In this document: positions 1 through 9,167 of the stretch, piece by piece
Layout of the letters: the number at the start of each line of letters is the position of its first letter
Position numbering within the stretch: the stretch's first letter is position 1
Program-made: the position numbers and the translations under genes
Source: Chitinophagaceae bacterium UBA4407
GTDB lineage: Bacteria; Bacteroidota; Bacteroidia; Chitinophagales; Chitinophagaceae
DNA length: 64,000 nucleotides
Direction of reading: 5' to 3'
Assembly (NCBI GenBank): GCA_002390845.1
Contig: DGQT01000050.1
Span: forward strand, 48,781-112,780
The notes under the pieces: model-generated
The model's input: only the letters and a program-made list of their open reading frames with translations
Databases searched by the model: none
Told to the model about the DNA's origin: nothing

Positions 1-2
1 TG

Positions 3-428
3 AGCGATGGCTGGCATCCTTATTTTAAACTTGGCGAAACGGTGAACAATCTAAAAGTACAGTTTAACAGCAACACTATGGTTGAATTTAATGAAAGCCT
101 GTTGCCTTCGGGTAATTATATCCGGAATAATTCTTTCGAAGCAATGCAACCGTTTGGAGACACTTTCCTGGACAACTGCTTTGTTCTAAAAGATCATAAA
201 GCAGCATCTTGCATTTTGAAGGATGAAACGACAAATTTGCAGCTAACTATACATGCAGAGAGGTCTTATCCTTACCTGCAGGTTTATACGCCGCCACACC
301 GTAATAGCATTGCTGTTGAAAACCTGAGTAGTGTACCCGATGCATTTAACAATGGCATTGGATTGATTATAGCAAAGCCCGGTGAATCACACGATTTTGT
401 TACCAGTTATTGTTTGCAAACAATTTGA
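3..428 (+). CDS. aldose 1-epimerase (mutarotase-like) family protein, C-terminal part; 5' end outside window
   Basis: The frame of ORF 42..428 stays open to the window edge (SDGWHPYFKLGETV...). It has a GWHPYF-type motif and a C-terminal sequence typical of the aldose-epimerase fold. Confidence 0.65.
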   Translation, partial: SDGWHPYFKLGETVNNLKVQFNSNTMVEFNESLLPSGNYIRNNSFEAMQPFGDTFLDNCFVLKDHKAASCILKDETTNLQLTIHAERSYPYLQVYTPPHRNSIAVENLSSVPDAFNNGIGLIIAKPGESHDFVTSYCLQTI

Positions 429-473
429 TGATGGCGTATGTATTGGCTGTTAATAGCTGAATAAAACTTTGCA

Positions 474-532
474 GCTCCAGTGTGCGACGCAAGTAAAGTT
501 TCACATTTGTTCATCAGCCGGGCTCAAAAAAT
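474..532 (+). repeat. CPIR short form, R orientation
   Basis: Core GTGCGACGCAA lies at 482-492. The outer arm ..CATCAGCCGGGCTCAAAAAA ends 5 nt before the ridA stop. Confidence 0.8.
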
Positions 533-537
533 ACTTC

Positions 538-924
538 TTAAATATTTATACTCGCAATCATACTGATCTCCACATTCACACCTTTAGGTAAACCCTTTAC
601 AGCAACGGTTTCACGGGCTGGATAATCGCCTTTAAAATAGGTGCCGTACACTTCATTTACTTCGGCGAATAAACTCATATCACTAAGGAATATGGTGGTT
701 TTTACAACATGTTCAAAAGTGAGTTTTGCTTCGCTTAAGATAGCTTCAAGGTTTTGCATGCTCTGGTGGGTTTCTGTTTTAATATCGCCACTTACGATTT
801 CACCGGTTGCAGGATTGATGGGTATTTGTCCGCTGATAAATAACATACCTCCAGCTTTTACACTTTGGTTGTAAGGGCCAATTGGTGCCGGTGCTTTTTC
901 TGTATTAATGATCTGCTTGCTCAT
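538..924 (-). CDS. ridA: RidA (YjgF/YER057c/UK114) family reactive-intermediate deaminase
   Basis: 128 aa with APAPIGPYNQ, FISGQIP, ARETVAV and a family-typical length. Confidence 0.9.
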   Translation of the reverse strand: MSKQIINTEKAPAPIGPYNQSVKAGGMLFISGQIPINPATGEIVSGDIKTETHQSMQNLEAILSEAKLTFEHVVKTTIFLSDMSLFAEVNEVYGTYFKGDYPARETVAVKGLPKGVNVEISMIASINI

Positions 925-967
925 GATTTAATTTTTAGAGCAGCAAATTGCAGTTTTTACTTCAACT

Positions 968-1624
968 ATGCAACCTATTTTTGCAACGCAACAGAATATT
1001 ATGCGGATTGTAGTAAGCGCAACGGAAATTCAAAAAGAAGAATGGCTGCAAAAGCCCATGGCTGCAGGTAATGAACTGGTTTTTATAAACGGGTTAAATA
1101 CAGAAACAGACCACGATAAAGCAGATGTTTTTTTTGATCTTGATTTCAATGAAAACAGCCCCACATTTTTTAAAACAGATAAACCCGTTTTTGTAAATGC
1201 TGTTATTAGTGTGCTTGATGAACTTCCTTCAAACTATATCCGCATAAATGCATGGAGTGGTTTTCTTAAAAGGGATATTACTGAAGTAGCTGCGGCTGAA
1301 ATAAATAAGCCATTTGTAGCTTTAGTTATGCAGGCATTGAACTGTAAATATATTCTTGCACCCGATGAGCCGGGTATGATTGCTGCAAGAACCATTAGTA
1401 TGATTATTAACGAAGCTTATTTTGCTTTAGGCGATGAAGTAAGTACCAAAGCAGAAATTGATATTGCTATGAAGCTGGGCACAAATTATCCTTATGGCCC
1501 TTTTGAATGGAGCGAAAAAATCGGTCTTGAAAAAATTTATTTTCTGCTGAAAAAGTTATCAGAAAAGAATGAACGTTATGCCATAGCGCCTTTGTTGCAG
1601 GAAGAAGCACTTAAAAAAATATAA
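968..1624 (+). CDS. 3-hydroxyacyl-CoA dehydrogenase family protein (C-terminal domain conserved, N-terminal Rossmann motif not seen)
   Basis: PGMIAARTISMIINEAYFALGDEV..IDIAMKLGTNYPYGPFEW matches the 3HCDH C-terminal domain. No GxGxxG is present. An alternative ATG lies at 1001. Confidence 0.6.
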   Translation: MQPIFATQQNIMRIVVSATEIQKEEWLQKPMAAGNELVFINGLNTETDHDKADVFFDLDFNENSPTFFKTDKPVFVNAVISVLDELPSNYIRINAWSGFLKRDITEVAAAEINKPFVALVMQALNCKYILAPDEPGMIAARTISMIINEAYFALGDEVSTKAEIDIAMKLGTNYPYGPFEWSEKIGLEKIYFLLKKLSEKNERYAIAPLLQEEALKKI

Positions 1625-1634
1625 ACTATAAATT

Positions 1635-2363
1635 TTGCCGCTATTACTTAATATAGACACAGCTACAGAACAGGCAAGCGTTTGCATAAGCAACGCAGAT
1701 AATATGGTGGCTTTAAAAATAAGCAGTGATCAAAAAAATCATGCATCATTTGTTCAAACTGCAATCAGAGCATTGTTTCAGGAAACGGGTTATTCCCTGC
1801 ACGAAACCGATGCTATTGCCGTAACTGCAGGGCCGGGTAGTTATACAGGCTTACGGGTTGGGATTGCTACTGCAAAGGGCTTATGCTACGCTCTGCAAAA
1901 ACCACTTATTCTAATAAATACTTTAGAAGTAATGGCCTTGGCCGGCATTGAAGAATATAAAGTAAAATTGCCTTTTGCCGATGCGTTAAAGATTTCAGAG
2001 ATGCTCTTCTGCCCGATGATTGATGCCCGCCGTATGGAAGTATTTACAGCATTATATAGCGAAGCGTTGCAGGCCATATCAGAGCCAACTGCAGTAATAC
2101 TTGATGAAAACAGCTTTAAAGAAAACCTTAGCAGCAACTCAATTTTATTTAGCGGAAGTGGCAGCTTTAAATTAAAAAATATCATTAGCCATCCCGGTGC
2201 TTTTTTTTCAAATGTACAACATCATGCCGGCCACCTTGCAATGCTTGCTTCAACGGCTTTTGAACAAAAAAAGTTTGCAGATATTGCTTATAGCGAACCT
2301 GCGTACCTCAAAGAATTTTTTACAGTAAAGCAACCGGTTCCACACACCAAAAATTTGTCATAA
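1635..2363 (+). CDS. tsaB: tRNA t6A37 biosynthesis protein TsaB (YeaZ)
   Basis: LLNIDTATE start and AVTAGPGSYTGLRVGIATAKGL motif. TTG start, with no nearby ATG. Confidence 0.85.
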   Translation: MPLLLNIDTATEQASVCISNADNMVALKISSDQKNHASFVQTAIRALFQETGYSLHETDAIAVTAGPGSYTGLRVGIATAKGLCYALQKPLILINTLEVMALAGIEEYKVKLPFADALKISEMLFCPMIDARRMEVFTALYSEALQAISEPTAVILDENSFKENLSSNSILFSGSGSFKLKNIISHPGAFFSNVQHHAGHLAMLASTAFEQKKFADIAYSEPAYLKEFFTVKQPVPHTKNLS

Positions 2364-2411
2364 TTTTACCAGCGTTTGCCAATATTGAGTTAACCCTGAA
2401 ATTTCCTAAAA

Positions 2412-2753
2412 ATGAGTAATCATCTGCAGGCTGCTGTTTTAACGGATCCCGGTACTAACGAAAGTATACGTTTAGATTTTTTTCATCTTAAAAAAACAAT
2501 GATTATTTTAAGAGCGATCAATCATAAGTTGCGGCAGCAACTTATAAAGCTGATTGATGAACGTAAGAAAATGACTGTAACAGAAATTTTTATAGAAATG
2601 CGTATTGAACAATCCGTGGCCTCGCAGCATTTAGCCATCTTGCGCCGGGCAGGTCTTGTAAATGCAAGCCGCGACGGAAAGTTTATTTATTATACGATCA
2701 ATTATAAACGTGTAAAGGAAATCAACGATCTTACCGAAGCATTTGTTGGTTAA
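2412..2753 (+). CDS. ArsR/SmtB-family winged-helix transcriptional regulator
   Basis: HTH segment MTVTEIFIEMRIEQSVASQHLAILRRAGLV..DGKFIYY; 113 aa. Confidence 0.75.
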   Translation: MSNHLQAAVLTDPGTNESIRLDFFHLKKTMIILRAINHKLRQQLIKLIDERKKMTVTEIFIEMRIEQSVASQHLAILRRAGLVNASRDGKFIYYTINYKRVKEINDLTEAFVG

Positions 2754-2805
2754 TAAACTTCATTTCAACTCGGAAATTCAGAAGACATATTTATTGCAGA
2801 AGGCA

Positions 2806-2903
2806 ACATTTAGTTAGGATGTTTGCACAGTGCCGAAGAAAGAACAGAACGCTGAAGTGTGCGACGCAACTGGGTTTTATAGTAGCAATGCAGTTGGGTT
2901 CAC
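2806..2903 (+). repeat. CPIR short form, R orientation, divergent outer arm; left member of a ~95-nt inverted pair
   Basis: Core lies at 2859-2869. The outer arm is TGGGTTTTATAGTAGCAATGCAGTTGGGTTC. By eye about 80 percent identical to the reverse complement of 4038-4135. Confidence 0.8.
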
Positions 2904-2950
2904 AATTGAATTTGTACTCCAAATATTGCCTCTTTCAATATCCCGGAATT

Positions 2951-3994
2951 TCAATCGAATTTATTCAAAAGCTTTCTAAGCCTGGGTGCCGGCATAATTT
3001 TTTTTGCAAGAATAATACGGTAATTGCCCGTTTGTAATAAATAGTTATTTGAAGAAGATGCGCTGCTAACAGGCTGCCTGTTCGCTACCCAGTTTGCACT
3101 CAAGTTCCAGGAGCTGCTGTTATACCCTGCAGCAACGCGAAAGAGGGCTGAGGTATTTATGGATGTTTTGTTACCTGTACCCGCAATTCCGGTTTCAGAA
3201 GAAAAACCTAGATTAAGATTTGCAGCAAGAGACCCCATAATAAAAAAATGATGCTGCACCACCAGTGTGTATGCGTACCCGATACCCGGCCCAATACTAA
3301 AATTTTTTATCTCATTAATGCCCGCTTGTTTATAATGATCCGCAACCGCTGCAGGCACCAAGGCACTGTCGGCTTTAATCACTCCATAGTAAATTTCTGC
3401 TCCCAGCAAAAGTGAGCCGGCAGATTTCCTTTGCCATTCATTTTGTATCATCGCAGCATTGTAAGAAAACCTTCTGTTGTTTAGTACACGGTATGCTGCA
3501 ACACCAAACAGGTTCACTTTTGCATCCGGACGAACATAATAATTACCGGAAATGGCCGCTGCATAATTTTTAGGGTACAGGTAATAACCTTTATACAATT
3601 GACCATTCCAGTCAACTACCCATTTCTTAGGATAAAAATGCCCCTGAAGATCCAGGTATTTTGTTTTGCCTTTTTCTTCGGTTTGATTTAAAAACCCAAA
3701 ACCATACGCAAGGTTTAAAGAGAAATTGTGATATGTAGCACCAACACCCATATTAAGCGTGGTATTGGGGCGGTATTGTAAATCTTTTGTTTGTCCGCTC
3801 CCCTGCAAAGTGAAAGCCGTATATTTTTGAGAAAAGTAAAAACGCCCTGTAAGCATTTTGGGGTAAGTTATATAGAAAGTAGTATCATTGGTTGTGTTTT
3901 TTGATAACTGTGCATTTGCTTTATGCATGTGCATGAAAAAAATGGCTGCAATAATCGTAACCCGGCTTAAATAAAAACATTTGTTTTTTTTCAT
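2951..3994 (-). CDS. signal-peptide protein, probable outer-membrane beta-barrel (DUF4421-like size and pattern)
   Basis: N-terminal signal sequence (IIAAIFFMHMHKANAQ), alternating aromatic/Gly-rich beta-strand pattern, 347 aa. Confidence 0.5.
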   Translation of the reverse strand: MKKNKCFYLSRVTIIAAIFFMHMHKANAQLSKNTTNDTTFYITYPKMLTGRFYFSQKYTAFTLQGSGQTKDLQYRPNTTLNMGVGATYHNFSLNLAYGFGFLNQTEEKGKTKYLDLQGHFYPKKWVVDWNGQLYKGYYLYPKNYAAAISGNYYVRPDAKVNLFGVAAYRVLNNRRFSYNAAMIQNEWQRKSAGSLLLGAEIYYGVIKADSALVPAAVADHYKQAGINEIKNFSIGPGIGYAYTLVVQHHFFIMGSLAANLNLGFSSETGIAGTGNKTSINTSALFRVAAGYNSSSWNLSANWVANRQPVSSASSSNNYLLQTGNYRIILAKKIMPAPRLRKLLNKFD

Positions 3995-4037
3995 TCACTT
4001 TTTTTAATTAGAGCAACATTAGTAAGGGTATTTTTTA

Positions 4038-4135
4038 TGAACCAGACTGCATTGCTACTATAAAACCTTGTTGCGTCGCACTCTTCGGGGCTTTGTTCGC
4101 TCTTCAGCTTAGTGCAGTCAACATTACTAAACAAT
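4038..4135 (-). repeat. CPIR short form, L orientation; right member of the ~95-nt inverted pair
   Basis: Core TTGCGTCGCAC lies at 4071-4081. The outer arm GAACCAGACTGCATTGCTACTATAAAACC mirrors 2870-2903. Confidence 0.8.
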
Positions 4136-4370
4136 GCTCCCTGTTATGTTACTACATGTACCTTGCTGGCAACACCAAAATCAAGCCATTGTAACCTTCA
4201 TTCGCTTAAAACAAAAATAAAGCTGATTTTTAAAACTGCCTTTAAAGTTTAAAGTGAGTGAATTGCAGATTACATGCCATAATGAAATATAGCGGTGAAA
4301 CATAATACCGCTTTACGTTTCAGTAAATTATAAGTTCATGAAGAGGTATTTTTATAGCTCAAAGATTCTT

Positions 4371-4640
4371 ATGAAAACGGTTCATATACTTATTAAAGGA
4401 AAAGTACAGGGTGTGTTCTTTAGGGCAAGTGCAAAAGAAATGGCAGATAAGCTTAATGTGAAAGGTTGGGTAAAAAACACCGCAACAGGTGATGTTGAGG
4501 TTATGGCTTCTGGTGAAGAAAACAATATTTACCAGTTTATTGAATGGTGCAAATATGGCCCCCGGAGAGCCTTTGTTACTGAGGTAATTGTTAGGCAAAA
4601 TGAAGCTGTATCGTTTAATGATTTTTCTGTAAGAAGATAG
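4371..4640 (+). CDS. acyP: acylphosphatase
   Basis: VHILIKGKVQGVFFRASAKEMA..GWVKNTATGDVEV signature. 89 aa from the ATG at 4371; the ORF track begins at 4338. Confidence 0.85.
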   Translation: MKTVHILIKGKVQGVFFRASAKEMADKLNVKGWVKNTATGDVEVMASGEENNIYQFIEWCKYGPRRAFVTEVIVRQNEAVSFNDFSVRR

Positions 4641-4683
4641 CTTTTATATTTTAAGAAGGCATTATTTTGCTGAATAATGTAAT

Positions 4684-4841
4684 GCTGTACAAGTGTGCGA
4701 TCCCGAAATAATCCTGAATCAAGTTCAGGACGGGACGGGCTGCCACGCTTCGCTTAAATGTTGCCATGAAAAGGGAACTTAGAACCGAGCGTGGCAAGAA
4801 AAGCTTCATTAATATTCTACAGCCGGGCTCATGATTAAAAA
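4684..4841 (+). repeat. CPIR long form, R orientation
   Basis: GTACAAGTGTGCGA is followed by an insert, then CAAGAAAAGCTTCATT..AGCCGGGCTC. The insert reads TCCCG..TCCTGAA/TTCAGGA..CGGGA, GCCACGCTTCGCTTAAATGTTGCCATGAAA..GAGCGTGG. Confidence 0.85.
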
Positions 4842-4905
4842 CAAACTTTAATATCACGCTGATCGAAATAAAATTCGTAAATTAAACTTCTTTATAAATG
4901 CATTA

Positions 4906-6021
4906 ATGAGAAGTTTGTACACCTTGGTATTTTCTAATAATTTAAAGTACCGCATCACCAGGCATTTTATTTTCTGGATGTTATGGATATCGTTCTACGC
5001 CTTTGTTGAATCGTACAGGGCTTATGAAATGAGGCATGCAGATTTCTGGTCTTACTTTCCTATTGCATGGGGGTCGATGCTGATTCAAATACCGATTGAT
5101 ATAGCCTTCTGCTATTCTGTAATCTATTTTTTACTACCCCATTTTTTTTTGAAGGGAAGGTATTTTGAATTTTTTCTGTGGTGGATTGTTTTTGCGTTTG
5201 CTACAGGCATTCTGGAAAGTCAATATTACTATTGGGCTGTGGGTGCATACCGAACCTGGTTTGGCTTAAACGCTCCTGTTAAAAACGGAAGCTCATTTTT
5301 GAGTGCATTGGAAATAGTAGGTTCTTTAAATACAGAAGGTGGCTTTGCTATTGCCATAAAATTTGGAAAAATGTTTGCTGTAAAACAAAAGGAAGCTGCG
5401 CTTTTATCCAGCGAGAAAGAGCAGTTGAAAGCTACTTTTGATTCAAGGGTTTATGATGAAGTAAAACCTACTTTTTTATTTAATGTGTTAAACCGCCTTT
5501 ACTCCCGTACACAAGAAACCAAAATTGATGCAGGGGAAAGTATAAAAAAGATCAATGACCTTATCTTATACACAAGCTATGATGCAAAAAAAACCTTGTT
5601 GCCATTAACCCGTGAACTGGAATCTTTAAAAGAATATATTGAACTTGAAAAGATATCGTATAATTATGCGGTACAGGCAGCATGTAACATAAAAGGCAGC
5701 ACACAGAATAAATTAATTGCACCTTATATTTTGATACCGGTTGCAGAATATGCTTTTGCCAACATTGGAAATGGTACCATACAGGATGCCTGGATAAATA
5801 TTGAAATTATCGTAGAGGGTAATGACCTTCGGGCAAAATTCTCCAGCAGCAAATCATCTGAAACATCAACCTTACTGGGCGATAAGAGCATTAATATCAA
5901 TTTAATTGCACAACGGTTGCAGCTACTCTATCCCGGCGGTCATCATCTGAAGAAAATTATTGAGTCGGAAAAATTAGTGATTGACCTTTACGTAAATCTT
6001 TCTATGCGCCTTGGCATATAA
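4906..6021 (+). CDS. multi-pass membrane protein with degenerate LytS/YehU-type histidine-kinase domain (phospho-acceptor His replaced)
   Basis: The N-terminal half is hydrophobic. EVKPTFLFNVLN sits where the family has PHFLFNSLN, and PVAEYAFAN sits where the N-box ENAIKH is expected. Confidence 0.55.
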   Translation: MRSLYTLVFSNNLKYRITRHFIFWMLWISFYAFVESYRAYEMRHADFWSYFPIAWGSMLIQIPIDIAFCYSVIYFLLPHFFLKGRYFEFFLWWIVFAFATGILESQYYYWAVGAYRTWFGLNAPVKNGSSFLSALEIVGSLNTEGGFAIAIKFGKMFAVKQKEAALLSSEKEQLKATFDSRVYDEVKPTFLFNVLNRLYSRTQETKIDAGESIKKINDLILYTSYDAKKTLLPLTRELESLKEYIELEKISYNYAVQAACNIKGSTQNKLIAPYILIPVAEYAFANIGNGTIQDAWINIEIIVEGNDLRAKFSSSKSSETSTLLGDKSININLIAQRLQLLYPGGHHLKKIIESEKLVIDLYVNLSMRLGI

Positions 6022-6025
6022 TTAA

Positions 6026-6057
6026 AAAAGCAGGTAGTAGAAACTACTTGCTTTTAT
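6026..6057 (+). terminator. rho-independent terminator after 4906..6021
   Basis: Hairpin AAGCAGGTAGT-AGAA-ACTACTTGCTT followed by TT(A)T. Confidence 0.6.
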
Positions 6058-6274
6058 GTGTTTTATCACATGAGAAAAATTGTAAAATAAAATTAAGTCT
6101 CCGCTATTACCTGCAACTAAAAAAGATACCCGCCTGTGATATTTTGACACTAAAGGATGATTTTATTTCTGCGTGTTTTTTATTTCTTAAAAGCTTTTGT
6201 CAAATTCCTTTTTAAGCGGTTATATACCGTGATTAATGCTGCAACAAATAGCATTGTTATCTTCTCTTATTTAA

Positions 6275-6320
6275 AGAGAGCGGGGATCTGGTTTCATAGT
6301 AGTAATACAGTTGGGCTATT
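6275..6320 (+). repeat. degenerate CPIR fragment (outer arm only), R orientation
   Basis: GGTTTCATAGTAGTAATACAGTTGGGCT resembles the outer arm at 2870-2903. The core has decayed to GAGCGGGGATC. Confidence 0.45.
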
Positions 6321-6453
6321 AATATAATTTACGCACTAAATGTTGTTGCTGTTAATAAAGCATCGTGGAAAAGAAAGCAAAAAGGAAACAGTATGAACAA
6401 TTCAGATTGGAAATGAGGCGTTAATTTCCGGAAACACAAAACAGACAAAGGGT

Positions 6454-7506
6454 ATGGCTGACCTTACTGCAAATACTACTTACCTGGAAAAAATAAACCA
6501 GTTTTTCCTATATGCAGTTGTGCCACTGCTCGGCATAACTGTACCCAATATTACAGGTATTATTGTTAACAGTCATTATAATTGGTGGCAGTTAATTTTA
6601 TCTTACGGATTTTTTATGCTGACCTCTTTTCTTGTTTGGAAAGGTAATATGTTGCTTGTGAAAAATATACGCAAACAGTCAGAAAAAAATACTCCGGCAT
6701 ATTACCGTATTGTTTTTTCGTACTTCATTTCCACTTTAATTTATACCGTTGTTTTGAGCGGGGCAATGCTTACGGGGTGGTATTTTATTTTTAATGGCCG
6801 TGCTTTTAACTGGGTGGCGATATCGCAGACTACTGCATTAATTGTATTCTGTGTAATACTGATCAATACGATCTATGAAATTATTTTTCTGCGCCAGGAA
6901 ATGGAAGATAGTTTTTTAAAAATGCGGCTGCTTGAAATGGATAAAATAAAAGCCGAGCTAACCTCTCTTAAATCTCAGATCGATCCGCATTTTATTTTTA
7001 ATTCACTAAACACGCTTTCGTATCTTATTACCGGCAAACCCGCAATCGCCAAGATATTCAATGAAACCCTTGCAAAAGTATACCGCTATATTTTAGTGTA
7101 CAAAGATGAAAATTTAGTGTTCCTTAAAGAAGAACTTGAGTTTGTAACCAACTATTTTTACCTAATCAGCATCCGGTACGAGCAAGCCGTAAACCTTATT
7201 ATAGAAATACCAGATACAAAAGCAGAAAACTATCTTATTACACCTGTTTCACTCCAGGTACTTATTGAGAATGCGATCAAGCATAACGACTTTTCAAAGA
7301 AAGAACCGCTTACTGTTTTCTTAAGTGTGCAATCTGGTTTTGTAACAGTAAACAACAGAATCAGGAAAAAGGAATATGCCGAAGCGTCCTCCGGTATCGG
7401 GCTTAATAATTTAAAGGAACGTTCATTTCTTATTACAAACAGAAATATTATTATAACCAATGAACATAATGAATTTACGGTAAGGGTCCCCATTTTAAAA
7501 TCTTAA
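6454..7506 (+). CDS. LytS/YehU-family sensor histidine kinase
   Basis: N-terminal TM helices, H-box QIDPHFIFNSLN, N-box LIENAIKHN. A LytTR regulator gene follows immediately. Confidence 0.85.
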   Translation: MADLTANTTYLEKINQFFLYAVVPLLGITVPNITGIIVNSHYNWWQLILSYGFFMLTSFLVWKGNMLLVKNIRKQSEKNTPAYYRIVFSYFISTLIYTVVLSGAMLTGWYFIFNGRAFNWVAISQTTALIVFCVILINTIYEIIFLRQEMEDSFLKMRLLEMDKIKAELTSLKSQIDPHFIFNSLNTLSYLITGKPAIAKIFNETLAKVYRYILVYKDENLVFLKEELEFVTNYFYLISIRYEQAVNLIIEIPDTKAENYLITPVSLQVLIENAIKHNDFSKKEPLTVFLSVQSGFVTVNNRIRKKEYAEASSGIGLNNLKERSFLITNRNIIITNEHNEFTVRVPILKS

Positions 7507-7509
7507 CCT

Positions 7510-8277
7510 ATGCTACGCATTGTAATTATAGAAGATGAGCAACCTGCTGTTGAAAACCTGCTGAATGAATTGAATACGGTTACCGGTGAATACACTATCG
7601 TTACTACATTACAATCTGTAGAAGAAAGTATTCGTTGGTTCAATACCCGGGAAGCAGAGATCGATCTTATCTTTCTCGATATTCACTTAAGCGATGGTTT
7701 GTCGTTCAATATTTTTAAATCGGTAAACATAACCACACCAATTGTTTTTACTACGGCCTACGATAAGTATTTGCTCAATAGCCTTGAGTACAACGGCATT
7801 GATTATTTATTAAAACCCATAAGCCATGAAAAATTAAAACACACACTCGCCAAACTCAGAAACCTTAAAACGCATTTTACCAATAATTACCTGCAATTGT
7901 TAAACCTGTCATCAACAGAAAAAAACACATTTTTAAAAGACCGCATTACGGTGCGTAAAGGCATTGAATTTCAAAGTATCAGAACCGAAGACGTTGCTTT
8001 TTTTTATACCGAACACAAGCTGGTATTTCTTGTAGATAAAGATGGAAAAAAATTTATGGCACATGCCACCAACCTCACCGATCTTATGCTGCAGCTTCAT
8101 AAGCGAATGTTTTACCGCGCCAACAGAAAATATATCATCAACATTAATTTTATAAAAAAGTATAAACCGCTCGACCGTGTAAAAATTGAAGTAGATCTAA
8201 GTGTTCCGGTTTCTGAAAGCATTGTTATCAGCCAGGAAAATACCAGCAGTTTTAAAGACTGGATCGAAAATTTATAA
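7510..8277 (+). CDS. LytR/AlgR-family response regulator (REC + LytTR)
   Basis: IVIIEDE..DLIFLDIHLSDG receiver domain and a C-terminal LytTR domain (FYRANRKYIINI). Confidence 0.9.
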   Translation: MLRIVIIEDEQPAVENLLNELNTVTGEYTIVTTLQSVEESIRWFNTREAEIDLIFLDIHLSDGLSFNIFKSVNITTPIVFTTAYDKYLLNSLEYNGIDYLLKPISHEKLKHTLAKLRNLKTHFTNNYLQLLNLSSTEKNTFLKDRITVRKGIEFQSIRTEDVAFFYTEHKLVFLVDKDGKKFMAHATNLTDLMLQLHKRMFYRANRKYIININFIKKYKPLDRVKIEVDLSVPVSESIVISQENTSSFKDWIENL

Positions 8278-8284
8278 AGCCATT

Positions 8285-8398
8285 TTTATTAGCCGGGCCA
8301 GAGAATTACTATGAAGCTTCACTTGCCACGCTCGTTTCACAGTTCCTCTTTCATGGCAACATTTAAGCGAAGTGTTGCAACCTGTCTTCACGCACCTT
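8285..8398 (-). repeat. CPIR long form, L orientation, inner end truncated or decayed
   Basis: AGCCGGGCC..ATGAAGCTTCACTTGCCACGCTCGTTTCACAGTTCCTCTTTCATGGCAACATTTAAGCGAAGTGTTGCAA. Degenerate fragments continue to about 8500. Confidence 0.75.
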
Positions 8399-8504
8399 TA
8401 TCATGTTTTATTCCGGTGCCTCAAAACACGAACCCGGGCTTGGAATTAGAATGCAGTCTGCCCGCAACCCTTGCTCATTGAAAATATTTTGTACAAATTA
8501 AAAA

Positions 8505-8813
8505 TTAATGTCCGGCGATGTTTGCCCGGCCCGTTGGTGTTTGTCTGTATTTTTCTGGTTTGGTTTTAGTTCTTTCAATTAGATTCCTTGCTTCCAGATC
8601 AAGTTTAATTGTTTCTCCGTACCATTGTACACCTCCTTCAAAATTATCTTTTACCCTGTTATACAATTCTTCCATAAGTTCTGTATGTGAGAGTTCTTTG
8701 CCAGTTAAAATGGTTAAAATATTTTCCCGGATAAAATTGTATTTGCTTAATAAGATCTTCTTGTTTGTTTTGTCAGCTTGTGGATGAAGTGTTTGAATTT
8801 TTTCTTCTTTCAT
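8505..8813 (-). CDS. conserved hypothetical small protein
   Basis: Clean ORF. ATG at 8813; the ORF track extends to a GTG at 8843. I recognise no domain. Confidence 0.5.
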   Translation of the reverse strand: MKEEKIQTLHPQADKTNKKILLSKYNFIRENILTILTGKELSHTELMEELYNRVKDNFEGGVQWYGETIKLDLEARNLIERTKTKPEKYRQTPTGRANIAGH

Positions 8814-9042
8814 TTTGCTTTTAGTGTTAAGAATTTGCCTCACTGTTTATTTATCGGAAATTTAAAACTTGTTTTTTATGGTTAACCGGCAATTGAAAAT
8901 ACCAAAGTTTCTATAATCTTTTTACATATTATTTTTTGCCGTTGGTGGTCTGTACTTAGCAGCAATTCGCTCCAATCTACGCATCTGTAAAAGCTCATTT
9001 ATAATCAGAACGTACAGGTACGCTGCCGCACAGGGTTATAGT

Positions 9043-9103
9043 GTTCAAATGTGCGACGCAACAGCAGCTTAATCTGTGTTTCAAAAGCCTGGCTCAAAAA
9101 AAT
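9043..9103 (+). repeat. CPIR short form, R orientation
   Basis: Core lies at 9051-9061. Outer arm CAGCAGCTTAATC..GCCTGGCTCAAAAAAA. Confidence 0.8.
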
Positions 9104-9104
9104 A

Positions 9105-9148
9105 ATCAAAAAAAAGGCCGTTTCAAATTTATGTTTGAAGCGGCCTTT
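9105..9148 (-). terminator. rho-independent terminator of the PUL lipoprotein gene
   Basis: On the minus strand, AAGGCCGCTTCAAA..TTTGAAACGGCCTT is followed by a T-run. Confidence 0.7.
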
Positions 9149-9167
9149 TGCATTAATAGAAGAAAAA

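Noticed and set aside
4651-4857. Recurrent small ORFs encoding ..LPRS..FMATFKRSVAARP.. (also at 18607-18870, 27859-28062 and 56606-56842)
   Set aside because: The shared peptide is simply the translation of the CPIR long-form insert. The frames are not conserved outside the repeat, the copies occur in both orientations relative to neighbouring genes, and the lengths are set by chance stops.
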